DNA of 47,142 nucleotides from Escherichia phage 2G7b: sequence record NC_049954.1; one strand, 5' to 3'. Shown piece by piece: positions 34,178 to 43,175 of this stretch (position 1 is its first letter; each line of letters starts with the position of its first letter). The notes under the pieces were generated by a model. It saw only the letters and a program-made list of their open reading frames with translations, ran no database searches and was not told where the DNA came from. The position numbers and the translations under genes were made by a program.

Positions 34178-34759
34178 ATGAACAACTCATGGTGGCAGGA
34201 ACTAATGCATTTTTTCCTGCAAGGAATGACACTTAAACAGTTGATTCATATGCTAATCATCCTGATCATATTGATTATTGTTATGCCGGTAAGCGTAAAA
34301 GAATGGATAAACCTGCATAATCCAGAAATCCTTCCTCATTACTGGATGTATTACATCCTGTTGTTTTGCGTTAGCTATGTGCTTAACGGCGTTGTTAATT
34401 CCGCTTATCACGCTGTGACTGAAAGAATTGAGGTATCCGCTGCTCAGAAGCGCAAATCTAAAGAAGAAAAATATGTGCAAGATTTGTTTGATTCGTTAAC
34501 TCTTGGAGAAAGAGCGTATTTGGCATTCGCTGTAGCCGCTAATAACCAGCTACAAACGGAAAAGGGAGTTCATGAATCAATTTCATTGCTCAAAAAAGGA
34601 CTCCTCGTTCGAAGGCCTCCTGCTGTTGGATATCCTGATACCGACCGTTTTGTTATTCCTGAAAGCTATAGACATGAGTGCTACATTCGGTTTGCCGGGA
34701 AGGCAGACAGCCTTATGGATGAACTTATCGCTCAGGATAAGCATGGCAAAAACAAGTAA
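34178..34759 (+). CDS. sieB: superinfection exclusion protein B
   Basis: 193-aa ORF MNNSWWQELMHFFLQGMTLKQLIHMLIILIILIIVMPVSVKEW.. with hydrophobic N-terminus. Confidence 0.9.
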   Translation: MNNSWWQELMHFFLQGMTLKQLIHMLIILIILIIVMPVSVKEWINLHNPEILPHYWMYYILLFCVSYVLNGVVNSAYHAVTERIEVSAAQKRKSKEEKYVQDLFDSLTLGERAYLAFAVAANNQLQTEKGVHESISLLKKGLLVRRPPAVGYPDTDRFVIPESYRHECYIRFAGKADSLMDELIAQDKHGKNK

Positions 34760-34775
34760 TTAGCAAATGAATTTA

Positions 34776-35048
34776 TCATCTCGCCGTCAGTTGTTTTGAT
34801 TTCCGGTAGCCTGCCGCGTAAAGAGCTACGTTCGGAAGACAAGTTGAACCTTCATATTTTCTGGTCAACGTTGTCAGAGTTATCACTTCTGCTCTCATTG
34901 CTGGTTTGCGCTTGCATTGCAAGACCACTCGTGAAGGGGTTGGCCTGTGTAGCTTGTCGGAGCTGATCGCCTCCTGACTTTGCAGATTTGCGCGACGAGC
35001 TCTACGGCGAGAAGCTGCGGTGCCTTTAAATTCTGTTTTTCTGGACAT
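34776..35048 (-). CDS. N: N-type transcription antiterminator, non-lambda specificity
   Basis: Start MSRKTEFKGTAASRRRARRA.. (arginine-rich motif) behind GGGAGG ribosome-binding site; C-terminus ..LPNVALYAAGYRKSKQLTAR resembles P22 gp24 rather than lambda N. Confidence 0.75.
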   Translation of the reverse strand: MSRKTEFKGTAASRRRARRANLQSQEAISSDKLHRPTPSRVVLQCKRKPAMRAEVITLTTLTRKYEGSTCLPNVALYAAGYRKSKQLTAR

Positions 35049-35184
35049 GGATTCCTCCCGAATAAACTTTGGCGATGCAATCTCGAAGCTCCTCCTGAGA
35101 CGGTTGCTTCGGCATTGCATCCCACAGCTTATGTGGTTGGGTGATCTGGCTTTTCAGCCACGTAGTCGAGAGTCGACGTTGTTT

Positions 35185-35216
35185 AAAGAGCCTGCCAGTC
35201 TGTTCCATTTGGCTTC
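35185..35216 (-). promoter_or_regulatory. putative nutL (boxA-like GCTCTTTAAACAACG followed by hairpin GTCGA-ctc-TCGAC)
   Basis: On the pL-sense strand, boxA-like motif directly followed by a short hairpin; the same boxA-hairpin arrangement recurs after cro. Confidence 0.55.
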
Positions 35217-35454
35217 CAGCGTCCTGCTGACGGTTAAATAGTACGATATGTACTTTACAAGATCAATACAATTTGTTGTAAGTTGGCGTGGTTTTTTATA
35301 ACGCTTTGTATTTAATAGTGTTGTTTTTTAGCGTGGATGTATTGCCTCGGCGATGTAAGGAGAGATCAGAATTGCGTGGTTTAGTGGGTTGTATCTATTT
35401 ATTTTTCAATAAATACAATTGGTTATGTGTTTTTAGGTGGGGCGATCGTGAGGC

Positions 35455-35480
35455 AAAGAAAACCCGGCGCTGAGGCCGGG
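35455..35480 (-). terminator. rho-independent terminator ending the cI operon (AACCCGGC-ctcagc-GCCGGGTT + TTTCTTTG)
   Basis: Hairpin plus T-rich tract on the minus strand immediately after the stop of the 163-aa ORF. Confidence 0.7.
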
Positions 35481-35972
35481 TTATTGTTGCTTGAGTTTTT
35501 CGTTATAAATCTGTTTCAGCTTTATTGGTATGAAAAAAGAGCATCCAAATGAAATTATGCTTAGCCAGCATATAATAAACTCAAGTGCCAGACTCAGGTT
35601 GGTCACAGGCGGCTTGCTTGCTAAGATTTTACTGGTGTCTCCTGGTGGCAGCAGCATGTAGTAGAAGAATATTAAGCACAAGACTGTAAGATAGAGGTAA
35701 AAAAGCATCATGTAACGAGAAAACCGAATTTCGAATTTCCTCTTAGTTGCATACTTTTCTGATCTTGATTTACCTTCTGTAAACGATGCTACGTCTCCAC
35801 TTGTGGTTATAACAAGTAACAGAAACCCTGTTAATATTGAAAATATATTTGCCACAAGTCCAAGCAACTCTTTGTTATATCTAACCTTATCATGTAAATA
35901 ATAAGTTAATACAAGAGAAAGGCAGATAAAAAAGATTATGGAAAAAATATAACTCCAATCTTTACCTCTCAT
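35481..35972 (-). CDS. 163-aa integral membrane protein (four predicted hydrophobic segments), distal gene of rex-position cassette
   Basis: ORF MRGKDWSYIFSIIFFICLSLVLTYYL.. with hydrophobic segments at roughly residues 7-27, 35-57, 88-109 and 128-150; AT-rich; no similarity to lambda RexB that I can see. Confidence 0.7.
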   Translation of the reverse strand: MRGKDWSYIFSIIFFICLSLVLTYYLHDKVRYNKELLGLVANIFSILTGFLLLVITTSGDVASFTEGKSRSEKYATKRKFEIRFSRYMMLFYLYLTVLCLIFFYYMLLPPGDTSKILASKPPVTNLSLALEFIICWLSIISFGCSFFIPIKLKQIYNEKLKQQ

Positions 35973-36009
35973 TCACACCTCCCCCTTTGGTTATACGTAC
36001 GACCCTCCA

Positions 36010-36867
36010 TTATAGTATGAAATCCTTGAAGTGCTCAAGAATTTCCTTAGCGTGTTCCGCTTTTATGGTGGTAGAGCCATACTTTCTTGTGTAATAATCT
36101 TTTTTTGTTTTGATTTCAGAGCTTTTGATCGCTTGGCCTTTTGATGTTGTGATGAAGAACTCTTCCGATAATTCATCAATGATCAGGCTTGGATTTTTGT
36201 TCGCAATATTTAAGAGTTTTGGGTTATGTCTCTTGTCAAGAGTCAGAAGCCCATAGAAAGAGTTGTCATCATCTTGCTCTTTCTCAAATAATCTTGACAA
36301 AGCTTCTTTAGCTTTTCCAGTGATACCTAATGATGTTGCTTTTGCCTCTTCTAGATCTTCTTTTGTTGTTTCAATACTTAGGCTGATGGAGCGTATTCCA
36401 TCTTTTATTATCTTGCCAAGTGCATCTTTGTTGAGTTTCTCAGAAATATTCACATTGATATTCATGAGGCTAAATATTTTTTTTAACTTAGATAAAGGAT
36501 GAGTTCCTGATAGTTGAAAAATTGTTAGAATATTGCTTTCTGTTGCAAGCAAGAATATATGGCATTTATCATAATTATCTACATCCTGCAAATCGTTATG
36601 GTCTCCATCTTTTGGAGTTACCGGGACCAAAGCTTTGGGCTCATAGAGTGTTATCCCAGCAAAGATTTGGTCATCGTTAACTATTAGACTTTTTATCCTT
36701 GCCCGAGTGTCGTTAGAGTACTCAAAGTCATAGTTTTGTTTGAAATTTTCGCATGTCTTCAAGACATCTACAAATGAGCATCCGTCATTACAATCTACTT
36801 CAAATAGCGAAGTTTGTACTTTTTTGGGGAAATCTTTATTTTTTTCTTCCGAAAAATTCATTGGCAA
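36010..36867 (-). CDS. 285-aa soluble protein of unknown function, proximal gene of rex-position cassette
   Basis: ORF MPMNFSEEKNKDFPKKVQTSLFEVDCNDGCSFVDVL..; AT-rich, Lys/Asp/Glu-rich; same strand as and directly downstream of cI; no similarity to lambda RexA that I can see. Confidence 0.7.
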   Translation of the reverse strand: MPMNFSEEKNKDFPKKVQTSLFEVDCNDGCSFVDVLKTCENFKQNYDFEYSNDTRARIKSLIVNDDQIFAGITLYEPKALVPVTPKDGDHNDLQDVDNYDKCHIFLLATESNILTIFQLSGTHPLSKLKKIFSLMNINVNISEKLNKDALGKIIKDGIRSISLSIETTKEDLEEAKATSLGITGKAKEALSRLFEKEQDDDNSFYGLLTLDKRHNPKLLNIANKNPSLIIDELSEEFFITTSKGQAIKSSEIKTKKDYYTRKYGSTTIKAEHAKEILEHFKDFIL

Positions 36868-36960
36868 TCCTTATTTTTTAATAAATGATTTTCAGTAAAT
36901 TAATCAGTAAGTTGTTTAGCATAGGGTATGTGCGCTTTTGATAAATTACATGCAGTCACA

Positions 36961-37620
36961 TCACCCAAACGTCTCTTCAGGCCACTGACTAGCGATAACT
37001 TTCCCCACAACGGAACAACTCTCATTGCATGGGATCATTGGGTATTGTGGGTTTAGTGGCTGTAGAAACACCTGACCGCTATCCCTGATCAGTTTCTTGA
37101 AGGTAAACTCATCACCACCAAGTCTGGCTATACAGAAATCGCCTGGCTCAACAGCCTGCTCAGGGTCAACCAGAATTAACATCCCGTCAGGAAAGCTGGG
37201 CTTGGAACCTGTTGGTGCGGTCATTGAGTTACCTTCAACCTCAAGCCAGAATGCAGAGTCACTGGCTTTTTTGGTTGTGCTTACCAATCTCTCCGCATCG
37301 CCTTTGGTAAAGGTTCTGAGTTCTGGAGAGAACATCCCAGCCTGAACATGAGAAAAAACAGGGTACTCATATTGTTTTTTAACTGGGGCCGATGAGTATT
37401 CGCCAACAGGTGAAAATGTCCCGTCGTGGTTGAATGATATGTTATCAATACCAAGGTATTTAAACACCACTCCAATATCACTAAGAGATGGATGACGAGA
37501 TCCGCGCAACCAGTGTCCAATCCCACCCTGCGTCATACCTAGCTCTTCGGCTAACTTCTCTTGAGTTATGCCGAGCTCTTTCATTCTGGATCTAGCCAGT
37601 TCATACCATTTCATTTTCAT
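36961..37620 (-). CDS. cI: CI-type prophage repressor, hybrid: non-lambda N-terminal HTH domain with lambda CI C-terminal LexA-like domain
   Basis: C-terminal ~150 aa ([44 protein letters not shown]) match lambda CI including the Ala-Gly cleavage site and Ser/Lys dyad; N-terminal [40 protein letters not shown] is different. Start codon uncertain (37620, 37614 or 37656). Confidence 0.85.
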   Translation of the reverse strand: MKMKWYELARSRMKELGITQEKLAEELGMTQGGIGHWLRGSRHPSLSDIGVVFKYLGIDNISFNHDGTFSPVGEYSSAPVKKQYEYPVFSHVQAGMFSPELRTFTKGDAERLVSTTKKASDSAFWLEVEGNSMTAPTGSKPSFPDGMLILVDPEQAVEPGDFCIARLGGDEFTFKKLIRDSGQVFLQPLNPQYPMIPCNESCSVVGKVIASQWPEETFG

Positions 37621-37662
37621 GTTCTTATTATTACGCTTTGTACTGGAACCATCCATGCACAA

Positions 37663-37730
37663 TGTGTATTTTTACTTGTATTCTTAAAGTACATATTGTA
37701 TTTTTTATTCGTGTTTACTATGGAGGGCAT
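37663..37730. promoter_or_regulatory. OR operator / pR-pRM divergent promoter region
   Basis: 68-bp AT-rich spacer between divergent cI and cro containing palindromes CACAaTGTG and TACAtatTGTA; GGAGGG ribosome-binding site before cro. Confidence 0.6.
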
Positions 37731-37946
37731 ATGAGCAACCTACGAAAATATCGAGAGTCACTGAATATCTCTCAAACAACACTTGCTAAGGCAGTTGGAT
37801 GCACACAGGGAGCTATCGGACATTGGGAATCTGGTCGTCGCTTCCCAGACCTTAAAACATGCCGTGCTCTTGTTGCGTGCCTAAACAAGTTAGGCGCAAA
37901 AGTCAGTCTTGATGACGTGTTCCCGCCGGAACACAAAGCCGCTTAA
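37731..37946 (+). CDS. cro: Cro-type HTH repressor (XRE family), non-lambda
   Basis: 71-aa ORF MSNLRKYRESLNISQTTLAKAVGCTQGAIGHWESGRRFPDLKTCRALVACL..; divergent from cI. Confidence 0.8.
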   Translation: MSNLRKYRESLNISQTTLAKAVGCTQGAIGHWESGRRFPDLKTCRALVACLNKLGAKVSLDDVFPPEHKAA

Positions 37947-37949
37947 TAA

Positions 37950-37990
37950 GCGGATCCGCTCTTTGTAACAACGGACATTCGTCCTACGTC
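37950..37990 (+). promoter_or_regulatory. putative nutR (boxA-like CGCTCTTTGTAACAACG followed by hairpin GGAC-attc-GTCC)
   Basis: Directly after the cro stop; boxA-like motif shares GCTCTTT..AACAACG with the nutL candidate. Confidence 0.55.
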
Positions 37991-38087
37991 GCTGAAAAGC
38001 GAGTTCCAAGATATCTGACCAACTAAGGCCATATGCGTTTCCACGCATACCTTTCAACTAACTATTCACTATTGGAAATCTTAAGAA

Positions 38088-38384
38088 ATGGAAAGAACAA
38101 GTTACAGCAAACTATCACAGCGTGAAGTTGATCGCGCAGAAACAGATTTACTTATCAATCTGTCAGCTATTACCCAGCGCGGTCTGGCAAAGATGATTGG
38201 CTGTCATGAATCGAAGATAAGCAGAACGGATTGGAGATTTATTGCTTCGGTCTTGTGTGCTTTCGGAATGGCATCAGACATCAGTCCGATTAGCAGGGCT
38301 TTTAAGTATGCGCTTGATGGACTCACCAATAAAAAACGCCCGGCGGCAACCGAGCGTTCTGAACAAATCCAGATGGAATTCTGA
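38088..38384 (+). CDS. cII: CII-type transcriptional activator, hybrid: non-lambda N-terminus with lambda CII C-terminus
   Basis: 98-aa ORF; C-terminal ..LTNKKRPAATERSEQIQMEF matches lambda CII; N-terminal part differs. Confidence 0.75.
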   Translation: MERTSYSKLSQREVDRAETDLLINLSAITQRGLAKMIGCHESKISRTDWRFIASVLCAFGMASDISPISRAFKYALDGLTNKKRPAATERSEQIQMEF

Positions 38385-38416
38385 GGTCATTACTGGATCA
38401 ATCCACAGGAGTCATT

Positions 38417-39316
38417 ATGACAAATACAGCAAAAATACTCAACTTCTGCAGAGGTAACTTTGCCAAACAGGAGCGTAATGTGGCAGATCTCGATGATGGT
38501 TACGCCAGACTATCAAATATGCTGCTTGAGGCTTATTCAGGCGCAGATCTGACCAAGCGACAGTTTAAAGTGCTGCTTGCCATTCTGCGTAAAACCTATG
38601 GGTGGAATAAACCAATGGACAGAATCACCGATTCTCAACTTAGCGAGATTACAAAGTTACCCGTCAAACGGTGCAATGAAGCCAAGTTAGAACTCGTCAG
38701 AATGAATATTATCAAGCAGCAAGGCGGCATGTTTGGACCAAACAAAAACATCTCAGAATGGTGCATCCCTCAAAACGAGGGAAAATCCCCTAAAACGAGG
38801 GATAAAACATCCCTCAAATTGGGGGATTGCTATCCCTCAAAACAGGGGGACACAAAAGACACTATTACAAAAGAAAAAAGAAAAGATTATTCGTCAGAGA
38901 ATTCTGGCGAATCCTCTGACCAGCCAGAAAACGACCTTTCTGTGGTGAAACCGGATGCTGCAATTCAGAGCGGCAGCAAGTGGGGGACAGCAGAAGACCT
39001 GACCGCCGCAGAGTGGATGTTTGACATGGTGAAGACCATCGCGCCATCAGCCAGAAAACCGAATTTTGCAGGGTGGGCTAACGATATCCGCCTGATGCGT
39101 GAACGTGACGGACGTAACCACCGCGACATGTGCGTGCTGTTCCGCTGGGCATGCCAGGACAACTTCTGGTCCGGTAACGTGCTTAGCCCGGCCAAACTCC
39201 GCGACAAGTGGACCCAGCTCGAAATCAACCGTAACAAGCAACAGGCAGTCGTGACAGCCAGCAAACCAAAACTCGACCTGACAAACACAGACTGGATTTA
39301 CGGGGTGGATCTATGA
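38417..39316 (+). CDS. O: replication initiator O
   Basis: 299-aa ORF MTNTAKILNFCRGNFAKQERNVADLDDGYARLSNMLLEAYSG.. recognised as lambda O. Confidence 0.95.
   Translation: MTNTAKILNFCRGNFAKQERNVADLDDGYARLSNMLLEAYSGADLTKRQFKVLLAILRKTYGWNKPMDRITDSQLSEITKLPVKRCNEAKLELVRMNIIKQQGGMFGPNKNISEWCIPQNEGKSPKTRDKTSLKLGDCYPSKQGDTKDTITKEKRKDYSSENSGESSDQPENDLSVVKPDAAIQSGSKWGTAEDLTAAEWMFDMVKTIAPSARKPNFAGWANDIRLMRERDGRNHRDMCVLFRWACQDNFWSGNVLSPAKLRDKWTQLEINRNKQQAVVTASKPKLDLTNTDWIYGVDL
38760..38900 (+). repeat. ori-lambda: four iterons (TCCCTCAAAACGAGGGA-like) plus A-rich stretch inside O
   Basis: Repeats ATCCCTCAAAACGAGGGA, ATCCCCTAAAACGAGGGA, ATCCCTCAAATTGGGGGA, ATCCCTCAAAACAGGGGGA seen directly, followed by AAAAGAAAAAAGAAAAG. 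Confidence 0.85.
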
Positions 39317-40014
39317 AAAACATCGCCGCACAGATGGTTAACTTTGACCGTGAGCAGATGCGTAGGATCGCCAACAACATGCCGGAACAGTACGACGAAA
39401 AGCCGCAGGTACAGCAGGTAGCGCAGATCATCAACGGTGTGTTCAGCCAGTTACTGGCAACTTTCCCGGCGAGTCTGGCTAACCGTGACCAGAACGAACT
39501 GAACGAAATCCGCCGCCAGTGGGTTCTGGCTTTCCGGGAAAACGGGATCACCACAATGGAACAGGTTAACGCAGGAATGCGCGTAGCCCGTCGGCAGAAT
39601 CGACCATTTCTGCCATCACCCGGGCAGTTTGTTGCATGGTGCCGGGAAGAAGCATCCGTTATCGCCGGACTGCCAAACGTCAGCGAGCTGGTTGATATGG
39701 TTTACGAGTATTGCCGGAAGCGAGGCCTGTATCCGGATGCGGAGTCTTATCCGTGGAAATCAAACGCGCACTACTGGCTGGTTACCAACCTGTATCAGAA
39801 CATGCGGGCCAATGCGCTTACTGATGCGGAATTACGCCGTAAGGCCGCAGATGAGCTTGTCCATATGACTGCGAGAATTAACCGTGGTGAGGCGATCCCT
39901 GAACCAGTAAAACAACTTCCTGTCATGGGCGGTAGACCTCTAAATCGTGCACAGGCTCTGGCGAAGATCGCAGAACTCAAAGCTAAGTTCGGACTGAAAG
40001 GAGCAAGTGTATGA
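39313..40014 (+). CDS. P: replication protein P (DnaB helicase loader)
   Basis: 233-aa ORF MKNIAAQMVNFDREQMRRIANNMPEQYDEKPQVQQ.. recognised as lambda P. Confidence 0.95.
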   Translation: MKNIAAQMVNFDREQMRRIANNMPEQYDEKPQVQQVAQIINGVFSQLLATFPASLANRDQNELNEIRRQWVLAFRENGITTMEQVNAGMRVARRQNRPFLPSPGQFVAWCREEASVIAGLPNVSELVDMVYEYCRKRGLYPDAESYPWKSNAHYWLVTNLYQNMRANALTDAELRRKAADELVHMTARINRGEAIPEPVKQLPVMGGRPLNRAQALAKIAELKAKFGLKGASV

Positions 40015-40301
40015 CGGGCAAAGAGGCAATTATTCATTACCTGGGGACGCATAATAGCTTCTGTGCGCCGGACGTTGCCGCGCTAACAGGCGCAACAGTA
40101 ACCAGCATAAATCAGGCCGCGGCTAAAATGGCACGGGCAGGTCTTCTGGTTATCGAAGGTAAGGTCTGGCGAACGGTGTATTACCGGTTTGCTACCAGGG
40201 AAGAACGGGAAGGAAAGATGAGCACGAACCTAATTTTTAAGGAGTGTCGCCAGAGTGCCGCGATGAAACGGGTATTGGCGGTATATGGAGTTAAAAGATG
40301 A
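40011..40301 (+). CDS. ren: Ren
   Basis: 96-aa ORF MTGKEAIIHYLGTHNSFCAPDVAALTGATVTSINQAAAKMARAG.. Confidence 0.85.
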   Translation: MTGKEAIIHYLGTHNSFCAPDVAALTGATVTSINQAAAKMARAGLLVIEGKVWRTVYYRFATREEREGKMSTNLIFKECRQSAAMKRVLAVYGVKR

Positions 40302-40374
40302 CCATCTACATCACTGAGCTAATAACAGGCCTGCTGGTAATTGCAGGCCTTTTTATTTGGGGGAGAGGGAAGTC

Positions 40375-40815
40375 ATGAAAAAACTAACCTTTGAAATTCG
40401 ATCTCCAGCACATCAGCAAAACGCTATTCACGCGGTACAGCAAATTCTTCCAGACCCAACCAAACCAATCGTAGTAACCATTCAGGAACGCAACCGCAGC
40501 TTAGACCAGAATCGAAAGCTTTGGGCTTGCCTTGGTGACGTCTCTCGTCAGGTTGAATGGCATGGTCGCTGGCTGGATGCAGAAAGCTGGAAGTGTGTGT
40601 TTACCGCAGCATTAAAGCAGCAGGATGTTGTTCCTAACCTTGCCGGGAATGGCTTTGTGGTAATAGGCCAGTCAACCAGCAGGATGCGTGTAAGCGAATT
40701 TGCGGAGCTATTAGAGCTTATACAGGCATTCGGTACAGAGCGTGGCGTTAAGTGGTCAGACGAAGCGCGACTGGCTCTCGAATGGAAAGCGCGATGGGGA
40801 GATCGGGCTGCATGA
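40375..40815 (+). CDS. ninB: NinB (recombination protein Orf)
   Basis: Start at MKKLTFEIRSPAHQQNAIHAVQQILPDPTKPIVVTIQERNRSLDQNRK.. inside tool ORF 40357..40815; coordinate may be off by 1. Confidence 0.85.
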   Translation: MKKLTFEIRSPAHQQNAIHAVQQILPDPTKPIVVTIQERNRSLDQNRKLWACLGDVSRQVEWHGRWLDAESWKCVFTAALKQQDVVPNLAGNGFVVIGQSTSRMRVSEFAELLELIQAFGTERGVKWSDEARLALEWKARWGDRAA

Positions 40816-41339
40816 CTATCAAATCAAATACGCCAGCACACGACAAGGACTGCTGGCAAACGCCGCTTTGGCTTTTTGATGCACTGGATATTGAGTTTGG
40901 ATTCTGGCTGGATTCGGCAGCGAGCGACAAAAATGCTCTGTGCGCTCACTGGCTAACTGAGGACGACGACGCGCTCAATTCTGAGTGGGTAAGCCACGGT
41001 GCAATCTGGAATAACCCACCGTACAGCAATATCAGGCCGTGGGTGGAAAAAGCCGCTGAGCAGTGTATACAACAGCGACAGACGGTAGTGATGCTTGTGC
41101 CAGAGGATATGTCTGTCGGATGGTTCAGCAAGGCTCTGGAGAGTGTTGACGAAGTTCGTATTATCACTGATGGACGGATTAATTTTATCGAACCATCGAC
41201 AGGGCTGGAGAAGAATGGAAACAGCAAAGGCTCCATGCTGCTGATTTGGCGACCGTTCATCAGTCCTCGACGGATGTTTACTACCGTATCCAAAGCGGCA
41301 TTGATGGCGATCGGGCAGGGCGTCAGGAGGGCTGCATGA
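40812..41339 (+). CDS. DNA N6-adenine methyltransferase (phage Dam-like)
   Basis: Start [31 protein letters not shown].. with NPPY motif (IWNNPPYSN); start overlaps ninB stop. Confidence 0.75.
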   Translation: MTIKSNTPAHDKDCWQTPLWLFDALDIEFGFWLDSAASDKNALCAHWLTEDDDALNSEWVSHGAIWNNPPYSNIRPWVEKAAEQCIQQRQTVVMLVPEDMSVGWFSKALESVDEVRIITDGRINFIEPSTGLEKNGNSKGSMLLIWRPFISPRRMFTTVSKAALMAIGQGVRRAA

Positions 41340-41512
41340 GACGACAGCGACGAAGCATCACCGACATAATCTGCGAAAACTGCAAATACCTTCCAACGAA
41401 ATGCTCCAGAAATAAACGCAAGCTAATCCCAAAAGAATCTGACGTAAAAACCTTCAATTACACAGCCCACCTGTGGGATATCCGGTGGCTAAGATATCGT
41501 GCGAGGAAATGA
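41336..41512 (+). CDS. ninE: NinE
   Basis: Start [58 protein letters not shown]; overlaps methyltransferase stop. Confidence 0.7.
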   Translation: MRRQRRSITDIICENCKYLPTKCSRNKRKLIPKESDVKTFNYTAHLWDIRWLRYRARK

Positions 41513-41856
41513 CAATGGATTATTCACAGTTAAGTGATTTTGAAATTAACAGAATGGTAGGAGACATAATTTTTAAAGGCCTTTGGGCAAGTAAACCGGA
41601 AACATCAGGGAATAACACCAACAAATGGTATTACGGAAATGCTGATACAACTTTTGAGCCATTAAATCATTTGCCTGACTACTGCAATGATCCGAGCGCT
41701 TCATGGCCGATTATTGAGAAATACAGGATTTCTATCTTAGACCAGTTAACTGAATGGTGTGTGGATGCAAAAGGCGTAAGCCCAATATTTGATACCAGAC
41801 CTCTCCGCGCCGCCATGATTGTCTTTCTCCTGATGCAGGAGGCCAATAATGCTTAG
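41509..41856 (+). CDS. hypothetical nin-region protein
   Basis: Start [34 protein letters not shown].. overlapping ninE stop. Confidence 0.5.
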   Translation: MTMDYSQLSDFEINRMVGDIIFKGLWASKPETSGNNTNKWYYGNADTTFEPLNHLPDYCNDPSASWPIIEKYRISILDQLTEWCVDAKGVSPIFDTRPLRAAMIVFLLMQEANNA

Positions 41857-42043
41857 CCCATCTCAATCCCTTCAATACCTGAAAGAAAGCATAGAGCGGG
41901 CTTCAATGTGCACAGAGTGGATTCTATCTAGGTTTAGCGCATACAGAAGATTGCCGGTAAAGGGCATGCCAAGCAAGTCGATGCTGCATATGCAAAAGAA
42001 TGCGCGCTGGAAGGTATGGCGAGAACACAGGTTATGTGGCTAA
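41849..42043 (+). CDS. hypothetical nin-region protein
   Basis: 64-aa [32 protein letters not shown].. Confidence 0.4.
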   Translation: MLSPSQSLQYLKESIERASMCTEWILSRFSAYRRLPVKGMPSKSMLHMQKNARWKVWREHRLCG

Positions 42044-42062
42044 AAGAGGGGGTTATTAAGGC

Positions 42063-42425
42063 GTGAATACCTACAGCATCACATTACCCTGGCCTCCGAG
42101 CAATAATCGCTATTACCGCCATAATCGCGGGCGCACGCACGTCAGCGCAGAGGGGCAGGCATACCGCGATAACGTCGCCCGAATCATTAAAAACGCAATG
42201 CTGGATATCGGCCTGGCTATGCCTGTGAAAATCCGCATTGAGTGCCACATGCCGGATCGCCGTCGCCGTGACCTGGATAATCTGCAAAAAGCCGCTTTTG
42301 ACGCACTCACTAAAGCAGGTTTCTGGCTGGATGATGCTCAGGTCGTTGATTACCGCGTTGTGAAGATGCCTGTTACCAAAGGTGGGAGGCTGGAACTGAC
42401 CATCACCGAAATGGGGAATGAATGA
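42063..42425 (+). CDS. rusA: Holliday junction resolvase RusA
   Basis: 120-aa [46 protein letters not shown].. recognised as RusA. Confidence 0.9.
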   Translation: MNTYSITLPWPPSNNRYYRHNRGRTHVSAEGQAYRDNVARIIKNAMLDIGLAMPVKIRIECHMPDRRRRDLDNLQKAAFDALTKAGFWLDDAQVVDYRVVKMPVTKGGRLELTITEMGNE

Positions 42426-42562
42426 TGTTTGAGTTTAATATGGCAGAACTTCTTCGCCACCGCTGGGGGCGTCTGCGCTTATATCGTTTCCCCGGTTCTG
42501 TTTTGACCGATTACCGAATACTGAAGAATTACGCCAAAACCCTGACAGGAACAGGAGTATGA
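42422..42562 (+). CDS. ylcG: small protein YlcG-like (46 aa)
   Basis: Hand-translated [46 protein letters not shown]; overlaps rusA stop; below the ORF-track size cut-off. Confidence 0.5.
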   Translation: MMFEFNMAELLRHRWGRLRLYRFPGSVLTDYRILKNYAKTLTGTGV

Positions 42563-42647
42563 AGTCAGAGATAACAATCAACTAATACTGTTTTGTTGAT
42601 TTTTGCTTGTAATTGGCGTTCTGGTCTGATTTTTGTGGAGTAAGTTG

Positions 42648-43031
42648 ATGCGTGATATTCAGATGGTTCTTGAGCGTTGGGGTGCGTGGGCGGCTAATAA
42701 TCATGAAGATGTGACCTGGTCGTCCATTGCCGCCGGTTTTAAGGGATTAATTCCTTCAAAAGTAAAATCTCGCCCGCAATGTTGTGACGATGACGCGATG
42801 ATCATTTGCGGGTGCATGGCCCGTCTGAAAAAGAACAACAGCGATTTACACGATTTATTAGTAGATTATTATGTATGTGGTATGACATTCATGTCACTGG
42901 CAAGTAAGCATTGCTGCTCGGATGGTTATATCGGGAAAAGGTTACAGAAGGCTGAGGGCATAATTGAAGGGATGTTAATGGCATTAGATATCCGGTTAGA
43001 TATGGATATCGTTGCTAATAATTCTAATTGA
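42648..43031 (+). CDS. Q: late-gene antiterminator Q (phage 82 / DLP12 QuuD type)
   Basis: Start [31 protein letters not shown].. with GGAG ribosome-binding site; Cys-rich zinc-binding region; tool ORF begins at an upstream TTG. Confidence 0.8.
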   Translation: MRDIQMVLERWGAWAANNHEDVTWSSIAAGFKGLIPSKVKSRPQCCDDDAMIICGCMARLKKNNSDLHDLLVDYYVCGMTFMSLASKHCCSDGYIGKRLQKAEGIIEGMLMALDIRLDMDIVANNSN

Positions 43032-43175
43032 TATGCAATTGTTTACTAAAAGTTATTAAAAATGGGGCGTGGAAACGCCCCCAAAATAAAGGGTAATATA
43101 TAACAGAAGGTTTATATAGTAAGAAGCAAGGTAGTGCTTCTAAAGGAAGTGGCTTGAGGGCTCCACTTATATGTT

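Noticed and set aside
37947-37975. Palindromes CCGCTTAaTAAGCGG and AGCGGATCCGCT right after cro as a terminator
   Set aside because: Inverted repeats are present, but the loop is too short and there is no T-run; more likely part of the nutR boxA context or a protein-binding site than an intrinsic terminator.
38733-38948. 71-aa plus-strand ORF within O
   Set aside because: Alternate frame across the ori iteron repeats inside the O gene.
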